DNA of 64,000 bases from an uncultured virus (IMG/VR IMGVR_UViG_3300027976_000023). Taxonomy: Duplodnaviria; Heunggongvirae; Uroviricota; Caudoviricetes. Positions 28,236-38,656 of the stretch are shown one piece after another; within the stretch, counting starts at the first letter, position 1; every line of letters starts with the position of its first letter. The DNA lies in IMG/VR virus record IMGVR_UViG_3300027976_000023. The stretch is one strand, 5' to 3'. The notes under the pieces are model-generated. The model worked only from the letters and a program-made list of their open reading frames with translations, searched no databases and was not told the DNA's origin. Made by a program: the position numbers and the translations under genes.

Positions 28236-28877
28236 TTAATTATCAAACCAAAAAACTATTCTAATATCTTTAGAGTCAGCATCAACAAAATCTAATATAT
28301 TATTCACTGTATCATTAAAAAAGTGAGTACCTAACCCTAACTCATTTAACTCATCTTCTGTCATTTTATAATACTTACTATTAACTAACTCATCCATATA
28401 TAAATGGTTGTGGGAATGACCATCAATACCCCATTCATCACTCAATGTACATATATCGTCTGAAACATCATCAGGCAACCCTCTTTCCCATTCAGCAACC
28501 TTTTCCATAGTATAGTTCCTCACATTAGCCAAAGCACCAAATAAATTGTAGTTTCTACCACTATATGGTTCTCTGGTAAATGGGTATGATAATTTACCTT
28601 CATTGTCCCACCAGTTATATCCATCATCTTCCATAGGGACTTCTTCAGGTAAAAATATATTTAAAACATAGTCTTCGAATTTGGTTGTTGGTTTTACACC
28701 TTTTAAGAATTTAAAAATCAGTTCTTTACCTTCTTTATGTGTAGTACCTAAATGGTGGGTCATAAATTTTACAATCTTATCTATAGCAACCATATCAGGA
28801 AGAACCTTACCAATCGGTGACCATTCTCCACTATTATTATTATACTTTTCAACAAACATATGTACATCACAACCCAT
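28236..28877 (-). CDS. conserved-type phage hypothetical protein
   Basis: MGCDVH..RNYNLFGALANVRN..GLPDD..HSH..RIVFWFDN pattern. Confidence 0.75.
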   Translation of the reverse strand: MGCDVHMFVEKYNNNSGEWSPIGKVLPDMVAIDKIVKFMTHHLGTTHKEGKELIFKFLKGVKPTTKFEDYVLNIFLPEEVPMEDDGYNWWDNEGKLSYPFTREPYSGRNYNLFGALANVRNYTMEKVAEWERGLPDDVSDDICTLSDEWGIDGHSHNHLYMDELVNSKYYKMTEDELNELGLGTHFFNDTVNNILDFVDADSKDIRIVFWFDN

Positions 28878-29054
28878 AATTCTTTTTTATATAAATATAA
28901 CTATTTTATTTTAAATATCAAAATTTCCAGTATCATAAAAGTTTTCCACCAACTGATCCAAATATTTATCAAAATCTTCCATATAATATAAATATCAACA
29001 TATTTCTATATTTTTACACTATACTTAATATTTATAAAGATAACCTAAATTAAC

Positions 29055-29132
29055 ATGAAAAAAATAGTTAGATTAAAAGAATCGGATCTACATAGAATTG
29101 TTAAGGAGGTACTAAATGAGAGTTCTAAGTAA
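29055..29132 (+). CDS. 25-aa leader-only peptide MKKIVRLKESDLHRIVKEVLNESSK
   Basis: manual translation; ATATTTATA at 29028; resembles the shared leader. Confidence 0.6.
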   Translation: MKKIVRLKESDLHRIVKEVLNESSK

Positions 29133-29140
29133 TAATGAAA

Positions 29141-30154
29141 TTACATATATCTTTTCTTAAGATATTCCATATTAGAATTTAAAACCTCTTTACCGATAAA
29201 TCTTTCATTAAACCCATCATTTCTATGGTACATTGTAATACCATTACCGTCAGGTGACTCACCAGCGAAGATATCAATATATCTATAAGATTCCTTACTG
29301 ATAGAATATTTGGCTGTTGTAGCTCTACTCTTAACCTGTACAAGACTTATATCACCATCTTTCTCCACAATTAAATCAATACCATACCTCATATCAATAA
29401 AGTCACCGTTTCCGCCTTCATATAACGTTGTGTAACCTTCCTTCTCCAACATCTGTTTAGTTAAGTCCTCAACATAGTCACCCGTTATAGTATTACTTTT
29501 TGTATTATAGGTGAAGTCTGAATATTCGTCCACCGTAAAATACTTCATAAATAATTTTAATAATACATTACCCTTTCTAATGTTAGTAAGGTATATTTTT
29601 ATTTCCGCCGAATTCATCTTTGATAATTCTTCAATCTTACCACCCTTTAAAAATAAAGTGGTTAATAACTCAGCTAAGTCATTGTAGTTGGTATTTAATT
29701 TATTTACATAGTCCCACTCACCGTTATCATCTTTAACCAAACAACAGTTGGTAAGTTTTTTTGTATAATATGTACCGTCAGTTTTTTTAATTATATCCTC
29801 AACCTTCCCAGTTTTATAAAGGTACTCCAATGGTTGTTGATATTTGTTATTCATATCTTCACATACTAACACGTCAGACAATACTTTATCAACAATATCT
29901 TTCATATTTAAACCTTTGTAGTCACCTAACCAACTACCTAACTTTCGTATCGTATCACAAACCAATTTTTCATTACCATAGAATCTTTCACAACAATGAT
30001 AACTAATTATCTTCTCCTCTAAAATCTTATCAACTTCTTTTCTTTCACCCTCTTCAAATTCAACACTTGGGTGAGATAATCCATTATCATATGTTTCTTT
30101 ATCATCGTTTAAGATAAAGTCCATAATATCATCGTTGTTTCCTTCTTTACCCAT
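29141..30154 (-). CDS. protein with C-terminal PD-(D/E)XK-like nuclease domain
   Basis: GDYVE..GIDLIV..VQVKS. Confidence 0.6.
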   Translation of the reverse strand: MGKEGNNDDIMDFILNDDKETYDNGLSHPSVEFEEGERKEVDKILEEKIISYHCCERFYGNEKLVCDTIRKLGSWLGDYKGLNMKDIVDKVLSDVLVCEDMNNKYQQPLEYLYKTGKVEDIIKKTDGTYYTKKLTNCCLVKDDNGEWDYVNKLNTNYNDLAELLTTLFLKGGKIEELSKMNSAEIKIYLTNIRKGNVLLKLFMKYFTVDEYSDFTYNTKSNTITGDYVEDLTKQMLEKEGYTTLYEGGNGDFIDMRYGIDLIVEKDGDISLVQVKSRATTAKYSISKESYRYIDIFAGESPDGNGITMYHRNDGFNERFIGKEVLNSNMEYLKKRYM

Positions 30155-30204
30155 AATATTTTTTATTTAAAACAATGATATGGATTTTATTTTAGAATGT
30201 CAAA

Positions 30205-30426
30205 TCAGATTATCTCAAAGACAAAGGTAATACCACCTAAATTAAGTTCTATTACCTCATTATGTACAAAATTAGTTAAGTTACTATTCGTATTTAAAAA
30301 CAATTCCTCATCCAATTTTTTATGGACTTCTTCAGTTAATTTATAACTAATGGTTAACCCCTCGATTTCAATGACATCATTAGTGATACATTCGTTAGTA
30401 ATCTGTAAAATTTTTTCTAAATTCAT
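30205..30426 (-). CDS. hypothetical protein
   Basis: ORF track. Confidence 0.6.
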   Translation of the reverse strand: MNLEKILQITNECITNDVIEIEGLTISYKLTEEVHKKLDEELFLNTNSNLTNFVHNEVIELNLGGITFVFEII

Positions 30427-30427
30427 G

Positions 30428-30619
30428 TTAAAACATATTCATTAACCTACCCCAAAATACTTTAAATCGGGATTTCTTTATTTTTTTAACCACACCACCG
30501 TTTCTTTTGATGTGGTTACCGAGACCACCTTTGATATCCCTTATAAACTTTTCTTTCTTTATCTGGGTTTTTTGTTTTTCAGCATCCATATCCCTATCAA
30601 CCTTTTTAATATCGTCCAT
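30428..30619 (-). CDS. basic hypothetical protein
   Basis: start moved to ATG 30619, 4 nt after TATATTTG. Confidence 0.55.
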   Translation of the reverse strand: MDDIKKVDRDMDAEKQKTQIKKEKFIRDIKGGLGNHIKRNGGVVKKIKKSRFKVFWGRLMNMF

Positions 30620-30750
30620 ATTACAAATATAGTTAAAATATTCTAACAAGTGAAGAATATAGGGTAGGAAATAATGGTTTTGGTAACCTATTAAAGGTAA
30701 ACCACCCATAACTTTGAGTTTCTTCATTTAATTTACATTCACATTGTTTA

Positions 30751-31593
30751 TCAATTCTTTTTAACACCAACATGTATATGGTTATAGTGATCTTTTACTC
30801 TCCATCCGATATTATACTTATAACCATCGTAAATAATATTTAACCATTTACCTGATGTGGTATTTGGTTGACCTAAAACGTCTACTATCATATTGAACAT
30901 TTTATCTCCTTTATTATCTTTCGATGAACTCTTTTTGACTGTACCAGTTGGTAAATCCACCGCGTATGAATCAAAGTTTTTGAAGTAGTGTTGAGATGTT
31001 GACCCATTTTCTGTTTGTTTTTTTCTTCGTTTTTGTGAAGAGGGTACCACATTAAATTCTTTATGGATCATTTTAGCTATTGATAATGCTCTAGGCATCG
31101 ACCCATTCCAGTTGTTACCCGTACCACCAACCATAGCTAGTCGGCTGTCTACCCCACCTGTTTTGAACCCCATTGTATCGTCACTGTAATTGGTGTCTAT
31201 GTTTACATTTATTTCTTTTTCTTCATCATCAAGAGGTTCACTATCAAAACTAAAATCTATATTACCCTCATCATCCATATTATCATCAGGGTTATCTGTA
31301 AAAGTAACTTCTCTATTAAATTCATCTATTATGTATTTTTTTATTTCATCTCGTTTTATCTCATCATACTTTTCAAAGTCGATAACTACTTTATCCCCAT
31401 CTATTGATTTGACATATAAATTTTCATTGAAATTAGAAAAAATACTATCTGTTAGGCTTCCGAGAATGTTTATCATCTGGAATGTTTTCACATCTTCCCA
31501 ATCATATCCAGAATCAAAAATTACATTTTGCTCATTTAAAGGTTTTTTAACCAATCTTTTATATTGACTCTCTGTTAAAATAATTCTTTTCAT
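30751..31593 (-). CDS. leader-bearing protein with M15-like zinc peptidase motif
   Basis: MKRIILTESQYKRL; SQH-x7-AVD..HYNHIHVG. Confidence 0.65.
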   Translation of the reverse strand: MKRIILTESQYKRLVKKPLNEQNVIFDSGYDWEDVKTFQMINILGSLTDSIFSNFNENLYVKSIDGDKVVIDFEKYDEIKRDEIKKYIIDEFNREVTFTDNPDDNMDDEGNIDFSFDSEPLDDEEKEINVNIDTNYSDDTMGFKTGGVDSRLAMVGGTGNNWNGSMPRALSIAKMIHKEFNVVPSSQKRRKKQTENGSTSQHYFKNFDSYAVDLPTGTVKKSSSKDNKGDKMFNMIVDVLGQPNTTSGKWLNIIYDGYKYNIGWRVKDHYNHIHVGVKKN

Positions 31594-32501
31594 ACTACAG
31601 TAATTAATCTTAATAATTTTCTTTTTAACCCTTCACCCCTAATTTTAAAATGTTTATCTATATCTGATAAGAATTTTTCAATAGGTTTAAATTTAGGTAC
31701 CTTACCTTCTTCATAATAATAACATAACATCATTTTATTCAATTCAACAATTCTATCTTTAGGTAAGTTATTAATTTCTTCTAAATATGTGTTAATGTCG
31801 TAGTTCACCATAGTTTCTGCGAAAGTATACATAGGCAATTCTTTTAGATAAGTCATGAATTGTTGATTATCTTCTGGATTTCTTTTAGATATCATAGTCC
31901 CAGCTTGTTGAATAAATGAATTCAATTCAAACGATAGTGAAACATATAACATGTAACCAATTCTATCTACAGCATCCCCATTAATATTACCATTTTGATA
32001 TACCTCTTCACAACCCTTTAATTCTTTAGGGTCTTCTAAAAATCTTTTAACCCATTCGTTTAAATGCATAAATTCATGCGAAAAAAATGATGAAACATAA
32101 TAATATAGTGTCTCATAATTAACACTTTCTCTATCTTTAGGTATTGTTAATACCACATCAAACTCAGCATCTAAAATATTGTAAGTACCATCTTCATTTC
32201 CCACTATTTGTGTCCAATGTGGGTTATAAGACATATCTACTGAAGCTTCGTCATCTACACTATCATTAATAATAACAGTCACTATAACACTATCAATAGG
32301 GATATCTTCATAGAACCCCTCACCTTTTAATTTTAAAGATAATTTCTTTAAAATGTATACGTCCTCCTCAATATCTTGTTTCATTATTAAAGGTAGTATC
32401 TCATCTGTCACATAATCCGCCCACTTTTCCACGTTTTTGGAGTATCCTTTAGACTCTGTTATTACCTTTTCATATTGTTTTCTATTTACTATTACTTTCA
32501 T
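31590..32501 (-). CDS. leader-bearing protein with HExxH zincin motif
   Basis: MKVIVNRKQYEKVITE; SHEFMH..FELNS; start moved to ATG 32501. Confidence 0.65.
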   Translation of the reverse strand: MKVIVNRKQYEKVITESKGYSKNVEKWADYVTDEILPLIMKQDIEEDVYILKKLSLKLKGEGFYEDIPIDSVIVTVIINDSVDDEASVDMSYNPHWTQIVGNEDGTYNILDAEFDVVLTIPKDRESVNYETLYYYVSSFFSHEFMHLNEWVKRFLEDPKELKGCEEVYQNGNINGDAVDRIGYMLYVSLSFELNSFIQQAGTMISKRNPEDNQQFMTYLKELPMYTFAETMVNYDINTYLEEINNLPKDRIVELNKMMLCYYYEEGKVPKFKPIEKFLSDIDKHFKIRGEGLKRKLLRLITVV

Positions 32502-32555
32502 TTTTACTATTATTATATTAATAAATATCATAAAAATTTTAATAAAATAAATAGT

Positions 32556-32876
32556 ATGGAATTATTAATAATTATTTTGGTGGGGTACTCTATATCTAAT
32601 ATAGTAGTATTTGGATCATTATTTAGTGGTTTAAGAGAAACCGCTGAAATCTACAACCCCAAATTTTTTGGGAAATTACTTAATTGTATGATGTGTACAC
32701 CTTGGTGGGTAGGATTTTTCCTATCATTAGGTTCACAAATTAGTGGATATGTAGAATTTTCACCATTTTACTCAAATGGGTTAGAAAATATATATATATC
32801 ATTATTTTTAGATTCTTGTTTAATCTCAGGAACAACGTGGCTAATACACACCATTCAAGAAAGATTAGAAGGATAA
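32556..32876 (+). CDS. membrane protein with CxxCxxxW motif (DUF1360-like)
   Basis: LLNCMMCTPWWVG; start at MELLII. Confidence 0.65.
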   Translation: MELLIIILVGYSISNIVVFGSLFSGLRETAEIYNPKFFGKLLNCMMCTPWWVGFFLSLGSQISGYVEFSPFYSNGLENIYISLFLDSCLISGTTWLIHTIQERLEG

Positions 32877-32889
32877 AAAAAGAGGAAAA

Positions 32890-33396
32890 TTAATTTTCCT
32901 CTTTTTCTAAATTTTCTCTCCTTTGTCCATTCATATTGACATCTAAATCCTTTGGTAGTTTAGGTGGTAATTCTACACCATTCTTTGTAGTCATTCTACT
33001 ATAAGGTGACGTAGGTATATCATCCAATGTTGGTTCTGGTATAGTTTCATTCATTATGATAAACTTTAATTTCTCCAAATCCTTTAAAGACTTATCAGTA
33101 AATAAAACTTTCAACTCCTCCATCTTCGCCTTTAATAGTGTTAATTTATTTTCTTTCTCAATATTAAACTCTATTACATATTCAACGTGATCCAAAACAA
33201 CATCTAACGATTCTTTTGGATCTTTTGGGTGAACCATAAAGTAATTTTCATTATTAGCACTTAATTTATAGATAACATTTTCTGATTCAAACATATCCCA
33301 CCCATCTCGTAAAAGTACATCTACAACTGGTAAATCTTTTACAAATCTAATACCAGTTACATAAGGTCTTAACTCATTTAATTTTTCTTGAATCAT
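32890..33396 (-). CDS. hypothetical protein
   Basis: ORF track. Confidence 0.7.
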   Translation of the reverse strand: MIQEKLNELRPYVTGIRFVKDLPVVDVLLRDGWDMFESENVIYKLSANNENYFMVHPKDPKESLDVVLDHVEYVIEFNIEKENKLTLLKAKMEELKVLFTDKSLKDLEKLKFIIMNETIPEPTLDDIPTSPYSRMTTKNGVELPPKLPKDLDVNMNGQRRENLEKEEN

Positions 33397-33399
33397 TTA

Positions 33400-33591
33400 T
33401 TATAGTGTTATTCCGTTAATTATTGACATTAAAAGGTATGATATGGATACACCTAAAAAAAATAACGAGTACTTATCTAAAATAAATTTCTCATCGCTCC
33501 TAAAACTTCTCAGTAAAAAGAAACTATGTCTAACCACATTTAAAGTGGAAAAGATAAAAAGTAACATCAATATTTTATTAACTATATCCAT
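33400..33591 (-). CDS. small two-TM membrane protein
   Basis: start moved to MDIVNK to avoid overlap with the upstream gene. Confidence 0.55.
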   Translation of the reverse strand: MDIVNKILMLLFIFSTLNVVRHSFFLLRSFRSDEKFILDKYSLFFLGVSISYLLMSIINGITL

Positions 33592-33601
33592 ATAATATTT
33601 T

Positions 33602-33775
33602 TTATAAATTCTTTTTAGAAGAAACATCAACTCTAATGTCTTGACATAAGTTTTTAATGTCTTGACAACCTTTTCGTACTCTCGTACCAGCAGCTTTGTT
33701 CCCTTTGTCGTAAAATTTAGTAGTGTCTTCTTCTAGTTGTGCCACTAAATTTTTTAATTGTTCATACAATTCCAT
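33602..33775 (-). CDS. histone H1-like protein, Hc1 family (57 aa)
   Basis: manual translation with KFYDKGNKAAGTRVRK signature; below ORF-track cutoff. Confidence 0.85.
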   Translation of the reverse strand: MELYEQLKNLVAQLEEDTTKFYDKGNKAAGTRVRKGCQDIKNLCQDIRVDVSSKKNL

Positions 33776-33786
33776 GTTATAAATTT

Positions 33787-34026
33787 TTATTCATTGTTAT
33801 TATTAACGTCATTTACCTGCCCAAGAACTGACATGTATTCACTTAACGTTTTTATTTTATTATTCGTTAAAACAATATCTTCTAATGTTTTATCGAAATT
33901 TATTTTTTTATGTATAATAGGGGTGGCTTCTTCATTTAATAACCTACTTAACTCCATTTCAATTGTATCTCTATGGGATATTAAATCCGACAATATCAAT
34001 TCCAAAAACTTAATCTTATTATTCAT
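33787..34026 (-). CDS. hypothetical protein
   Basis: ORF track. Confidence 0.6.
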   Translation of the reverse strand: MNNKIKFLELILSDLISHRDTIEMELSRLLNEEATPIIHKKINFDKTLEDIVLTNNKIKTLSEYMSVLGQVNDVNNNNE

Positions 34027-34071
34027 ATGTACAACATTAAGCCTTTATAATGTCATAATCAATAGTAAAAC

Positions 34072-34557
34072 CTATTTTTTTACTTTTTTAGTGAGACTTT
34101 TATCTAATACTTTATATAATTCTATTAAAACATCAATATCTGACCTAGATTTTAATTTATGGTAATTAAAAGAAAAGTCTGGTAACCTATTTAATTTAAT
34201 TAACATATCTTCATCACCCTTACCATTATAAAACAATTCAACATAAAAAAAATAAAAATAATCTTTAATTTGTTTTATATCCCCAAAGATTATATTTTCT
34301 TCTTTGAAATCATCAAACACTTTATTTATGCACCAATCGAAGTGTTGATGTATTTCATTTTCAGTTTTTATGAATTCTGAACCTAAATAGGTGGTGTGGA
34401 TTATTTTGTTAATGGATTTTATGAAATCATAAAATAACTCACACTTTTCATATTTTATATTATTCGCCCTATATAACAAATGCATTTGTTCATAAGTTAA
34501 AGGTACTGATATATAATCCATGAATTCGGAATGTTTCATATTAAAATAATAACACAA
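34072..34557 (-). CDS. hypothetical protein
   Basis: ORF track. Confidence 0.7.
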   Translation of the reverse strand: MCYYFNMKHSEFMDYISVPLTYEQMHLLYRANNIKYEKCELFYDFIKSINKIIHTTYLGSEFIKTENEIHQHFDWCINKVFDDFKEENIIFGDIKQIKDYFYFFYVELFYNGKGDEDMLIKLNRLPDFSFNYHKLKSRSDIDVLIELYKVLDKSLTKKVKK

Positions 34558-34577
34558 TTTATTAAAAAATAAATACT

Positions 34578-35789
34578 TTATAACGATTTTAATAATTCTA
34601 CTAGTTCAGTTTGTGGGAAACAATCAAACTTATCTTTTCTAACATTAGTGTGAGTCCACAACCCTTTGATTCTACCATAATAAGCGTCTTCATTAAACCC
34701 AAAAGCATCTTTAGGGTGTACACCATCTTTTAATAGTTGTGGTAACCCAGCGGACATATCAATATTAGGGTATAAACGTTTAGTATGATTTATCAATAAT
34801 CTTAAAGATTCTATTTGTTTTGGGGTATATGCGTGCCAATACTGGTGACCTCTGAACTCGTAACCTAAATCACACACCATACTTTCTGGTACCTCACTAT
34901 TGATATAGGTGTAATATTTACCATCTCTCTTAGTTACATAACCAAAGTTGTTAATCTCAACTGCTGAAGAGTATTTAGACATATTAAAGTTACCAACTTT
35001 CCCTAAGTGCCATCCTATATAGTTATCAGGAAAACACTCAACAACTTGACCATTGTATTTGTCATCACCGTAACTACCAACTTTAGTACTAGTCCCACCA
35101 ATACAATATTGTGTCGCCACACGACCTCTTTTATCCTTATTCCAACTATTAATAGTATTGTATGGGTTGTTCCATCCAGCGGTGTGATGTATGAAGAAGT
35201 TTTCTGGTTGTATCTTACCATAATCCTTAACATATTCATCACCATCCAAATAAGCCCTATCTATTTCTAAACCATCTTCTGTTGTATAAGAACCTAAATA
35301 ATTTAATTTATCATCAGTGTCTTCAGAATCATCAAAATCGGTTCTGTCTGTATCTACATCGATTATATTATCAAAACTATCTCCCAATGTTTTGTTTACT
35401 AATGTCTCATATGTTTTTGCGCCCACAATACCGTCAACTAACAACCCATTATCTAATTGGAATACCTTCACTGAGGATTCCGTACCTGAACCAAATATAC
35501 CGTCTGTGGTAATACCTAACATCCGTTGAACTTCTGTTACTTTATTACCTCTGTCTCCTTTTTTTATCATAATATCATTTTTAACACCATTTATTAGACA
35601 ACTATATGTTGTATTACCAACTATACCATCTACTTTTATTTGTTTTGAGAATTGGAAATTTTTAACTGATGTTTCAGTAACTGTCCCAAAATATTCCGTA
35701 ATTGTATAATATGTCCAAAAACCATTATCATCTAATAATGTTTGTAATTCTCTAACATCTGGACCACTATCCCCCTTTTTTAATAACAT
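34578..35789 (-). CDS. N-acetylmuramoyl-L-alanine amidase (Amidase_2) with two peptidoglycan-binding domains; probable endolysin
   Basis: two KKGD.G..V..Q..DGIVG repeats; IHHTAG, VEI, THTNVRKDKFD. Confidence 0.88.
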   Translation of the reverse strand: MLLKKGDSGPDVRELQTLLDDNGFWTYYTITEYFGTVTETSVKNFQFSKQIKVDGIVGNTTYSCLINGVKNDIMIKKGDRGNKVTEVQRMLGITTDGIFGSGTESSVKVFQLDNGLLVDGIVGAKTYETLVNKTLGDSFDNIIDVDTDRTDFDDSEDTDDKLNYLGSYTTEDGLEIDRAYLDGDEYVKDYGKIQPENFFIHHTAGWNNPYNTINSWNKDKRGRVATQYCIGGTSTKVGSYGDDKYNGQVVECFPDNYIGWHLGKVGNFNMSKYSSAVEINNFGYVTKRDGKYYTYINSEVPESMVCDLGYEFRGHQYWHAYTPKQIESLRLLINHTKRLYPNIDMSAGLPQLLKDGVHPKDAFGFNEDAYYGRIKGLWTHTNVRKDKFDCFPQTELVELLKSL

Positions 35790-35801
35790 ATATTTTTAGT
35801 T

Positions 35802-36575
35802 TTAATTTGTATCTGAGGATATGAAATCCAACATTAAATCATTATTAGGGATTATCATTTCTTTTATTACCACCTTTATTATATCATCAAAATATTTTTT
35901 TAATGATTCATCACTCATATCTTTAGGGAAATCAATATCAAAATATCCGTTATCTATCGTTTCTTCGTAGGGAATATCAACAATACCTCTATATCCTGGG
36001 ATAAATTCACTTAAATCATCGTCCATACTTAGATAGTCCCAACCTAACTTATTAGGTTGTTTTGAAGTTGGGAACATATTGACAAATATGTGGGTTTGTG
36101 TGGTAAGGTTATAAACCTCAACACTATACATTTCTTCCATTATTGCCTCATCCATATCACCAGTAATTACACCACAAATAAATTCACCAGTTTCATTCGA
36201 ATAAATTGTTTTATCATTATAATAATAGTGAAAATATTGTAATAGTTTTTCACCTAAAATGTGTTCGTATTCACCAGTAAATGGTACCTTTTTTTTTGGT
36301 ATCTCACTGGGAACATCTTTAAATAATATATCACTATATGTGTTATAAAAATCATAGACACTATAGAGATAGTCATAATCACCTATTTTTAACATTTCAG
36401 CAGCTTTCACAATGCGTTGTCCATCTGACATATCCCATGCCTTATCCTGACCAGTATAATAAAACTTATCATCTTTAATCACATTAAAAACCTTTAATGT
36501 AACCTTATCTAATTTAGATATAGTCAAATCATCTAATATGGATTCTGTTAAAATGTTTTGTAAATTTAAACTCAT
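35802..36575 (-). CDS. acidic hypothetical protein
   Basis: ORF track; ILTES N-terminus; ATATTTATA upstream. Confidence 0.7.
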   Translation of the reverse strand: MSLNLQNILTESILDDLTISKLDKVTLKVFNVIKDDKFYYTGQDKAWDMSDGQRIVKAAEMLKIGDYDYLYSVYDFYNTYSDILFKDVPSEIPKKKVPFTGEYEHILGEKLLQYFHYYYNDKTIYSNETGEFICGVITGDMDEAIMEEMYSVEVYNLTTQTHIFVNMFPTSKQPNKLGWDYLSMDDDLSEFIPGYRGIVDIPYEETIDNGYFDIDFPKDMSDESLKKYFDDIIKVVIKEMIIPNNDLMLDFISSDTN

Positions 36576-36598
36576 ATAATATAAATATTATATAAAAC

Positions 36599-36624
36599 AA
36601 AAAAGGTGGGAAAACCCACCTTTT
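36599..36624. terminator. bidirectional intrinsic terminator
   Basis: aaaaggtggg-aaaa-cccacctttt. Confidence 0.8.
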
Positions 36625-36644
36625 AATAAATTATTTACTAATTA

Positions 36645-37490
36645 CTATAACAAACCTTTTTTCTTAACAGATTCAAAAAGTGTTTTAAATAATTTTGTTT
36701 CTTCACCATATTCAGTAGATTTACCCATTGAATCAGAATACTTATAATCGAATAATTTTTTCATTTTATCCATATCTTCATTGATCATAGATTTATTTTT
36801 ATATCCTAAGACTGTCCCCTCTTTTAATGATACATCCCATCTTACCTTATACGTTTGATTACCATCTGTCATTAGAAATGTATGTCCCTCAACTTTATAG
36901 TTTTCAGGAATCAGTTTTTTCATTTCATATTCGTTTTCGAATTCTTGTTTAAAATTTAGTCTTTTCATTTTGTTTTCATTTATACCTTTTGTTACTCTCA
37001 CCCTTGGGGTATCTTGATATTGTGTTGGTAAGTCATACTTATATTCTTTATATTTTTTAGACGCATCTTTTAATTTTTTATATGTATCGTCTTTTTCTTT
37101 TGTTTCACCAAATCCATCGTGTGTACCAAATAAATCGTCATACTCTGAAGTGTCATTTATCTCATCGTTTCTTTTTTCAAAAGAATCATATACTTCAGTA
37201 CCTTCATTATCATATTTTAATCCATACATTTTACCAGCACCTAAAGCTTCTGTATCATAAACATCCCATGGTTCAGTTTCATCCTGAGCTCTATCCACTT
37301 TTGGTATAGTAAAATCTTCATCATTGTCAAAATCATAATAACTAGATAACTTTTTATCTAAAGCTCTTAAACTATCATCATTAAACTTACCACTTTCTTT
37401 TCGAACTTTATTAGCAACTTTTAATCCATTAGGTTCTTGTTCTTCTCTAATAATTACCTTAGTTTTTTTAGTTAAAAATTTTCTTTCCAT
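36645..37490 (-). CDS. hypothetical, probably virion-associated protein
   Basis: ORF track; repeated IxE/INE motifs. Confidence 0.65.
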   Translation of the reverse strand: MERKFLTKKTKVIIREEQEPNGLKVANKVRKESGKFNDDSLRALDKKLSSYYDFDNDEDFTIPKVDRAQDETEPWDVYDTEALGAGKMYGLKYDNEGTEVYDSFEKRNDEINDTSEYDDLFGTHDGFGETKEKDDTYKKLKDASKKYKEYKYDLPTQYQDTPRVRVTKGINENKMKRLNFKQEFENEYEMKKLIPENYKVEGHTFLMTDGNQTYKVRWDVSLKEGTVLGYKNKSMINEDMDKMKKLFDYKYSDSMGKSTEYGEETKLFKTLFESVKKKGLL

Positions 37491-37528
37491 CTTTGTTTTT
37501 TTTATAAATATCTAAAAATTAGATATTA

Positions 37529-38656
37529 TCACTTTTTTATTTTTAAGTTTCCCCTTTTTATTGTTTTTATTACCCTACTTTCGTTATAGAATTCGATAGC
37601 GTCGGGACTTTGACTACAATAAGGGAATTTACTACATTTATCTTTTACCCTAACCTTCTGATACCCTAAAGAATCTAAACTAGGTTGTTTATTTTTAACA
37701 GGTGCCTTTCCTTTCTTACCTGCAGTTCCCATAAATTTACTTGCGGGAAATCCTGGTGTGTCATAAACACCCCCTACACTTCCTGCTGATGTTGCTTCCT
37801 CTAAATCTACTTCTTCTAAAACCTCTTTATCTTCATTAAATGAATACATTTTCCCTATCGGTAACCCTGTTTGTCTTTTACCAACAATCCCATTCTTTGT
37901 AACAGGGACATCTTCAAATGACCTACGTATTGGTTGTTGTTTTCCACCAGAAAATAAACCAACGTATGAACCACTACCACTAGCACCAGTCGCTTCAACC
38001 ATATCTTCAGAAAATGATAATAAATAACCATCTACTTCTGATTTACCGTCCTTATGTAATTTTTTCATATCAGATTTAGAAATCCTTATAGTTTTTCTAC
38101 CTTCCCCTCTAGTTTTTTCAATTGCGATTATACCGAACTCATCGTTTGAGTAGTAATCAGGAAACTCTGCAATGTGATCCATAGCGATTTCTTTAGCCTC
38201 TTCATCTGAATCTGTGTGTTCCTTTTCAATTTGACTACCTATTCCAATTTCCTTTTTAATTGATTTTACATCTACATTATGTTTTTTAGCTAAATCCTCT
38301 GTTGTCATATTATCAGATTCCCCACCTACTAATTCTTCTTCTGAAAACACAATATTGTTTAAACCTGCGTGTGACGCAGCTTTCTTAAATTCTTTACCAA
38401 TCTTAGACATATCTTCATTAATGTCGTCAGACCCACATCTAATACGCATTAACCCAATTAAATTTTCTAACTTATTTAAATCTTTTTCAGGAATGTCATG
38501 CAGCCTATTTAAGTGATTAAACATTCTAACCCCCACCTTTAATTGTTCATAATTTAGACATGATAGTATTACCTCTCGGGTTCTATCATAATCTGCTTTC
38601 ATTTTTTCTTCACTCATCATTTTAATGCGGTTAACCAAAATTGTCTTCTCATCCAC
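37529..38656 (-). CDS. DUF5661-like domain protein with repeated EAT-Gly/Ser segments
   Basis: GSQIEKEHT..AKEIAMDHIAEFPDYY. Confidence 0.65.
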   Translation of the reverse strand: MDEKTILVNRIKMMSEEKMKADYDRTREVILSCLNYEQLKVGVRMFNHLNRLHDIPEKDLNKLENLIGLMRIRCGSDDINEDMSKIGKEFKKAASHAGLNNIVFSEEELVGGESDNMTTEDLAKKHNVDVKSIKKEIGIGSQIEKEHTDSDEEAKEIAMDHIAEFPDYYSNDEFGIIAIEKTRGEGRKTIRISKSDMKKLHKDGKSEVDGYLLSFSEDMVEATGASGSGSYVGLFSGGKQQPIRRSFEDVPVTKNGIVGKRQTGLPIGKMYSFNEDKEVLEEVDLEEATSAGSVGGVYDTPGFPASKFMGTAGKKGKAPVKNKQPSLDSLGYQKVRVKDKCSKFPYCSQSPDAIEFYNESRVIKTIKRGNLKIKK

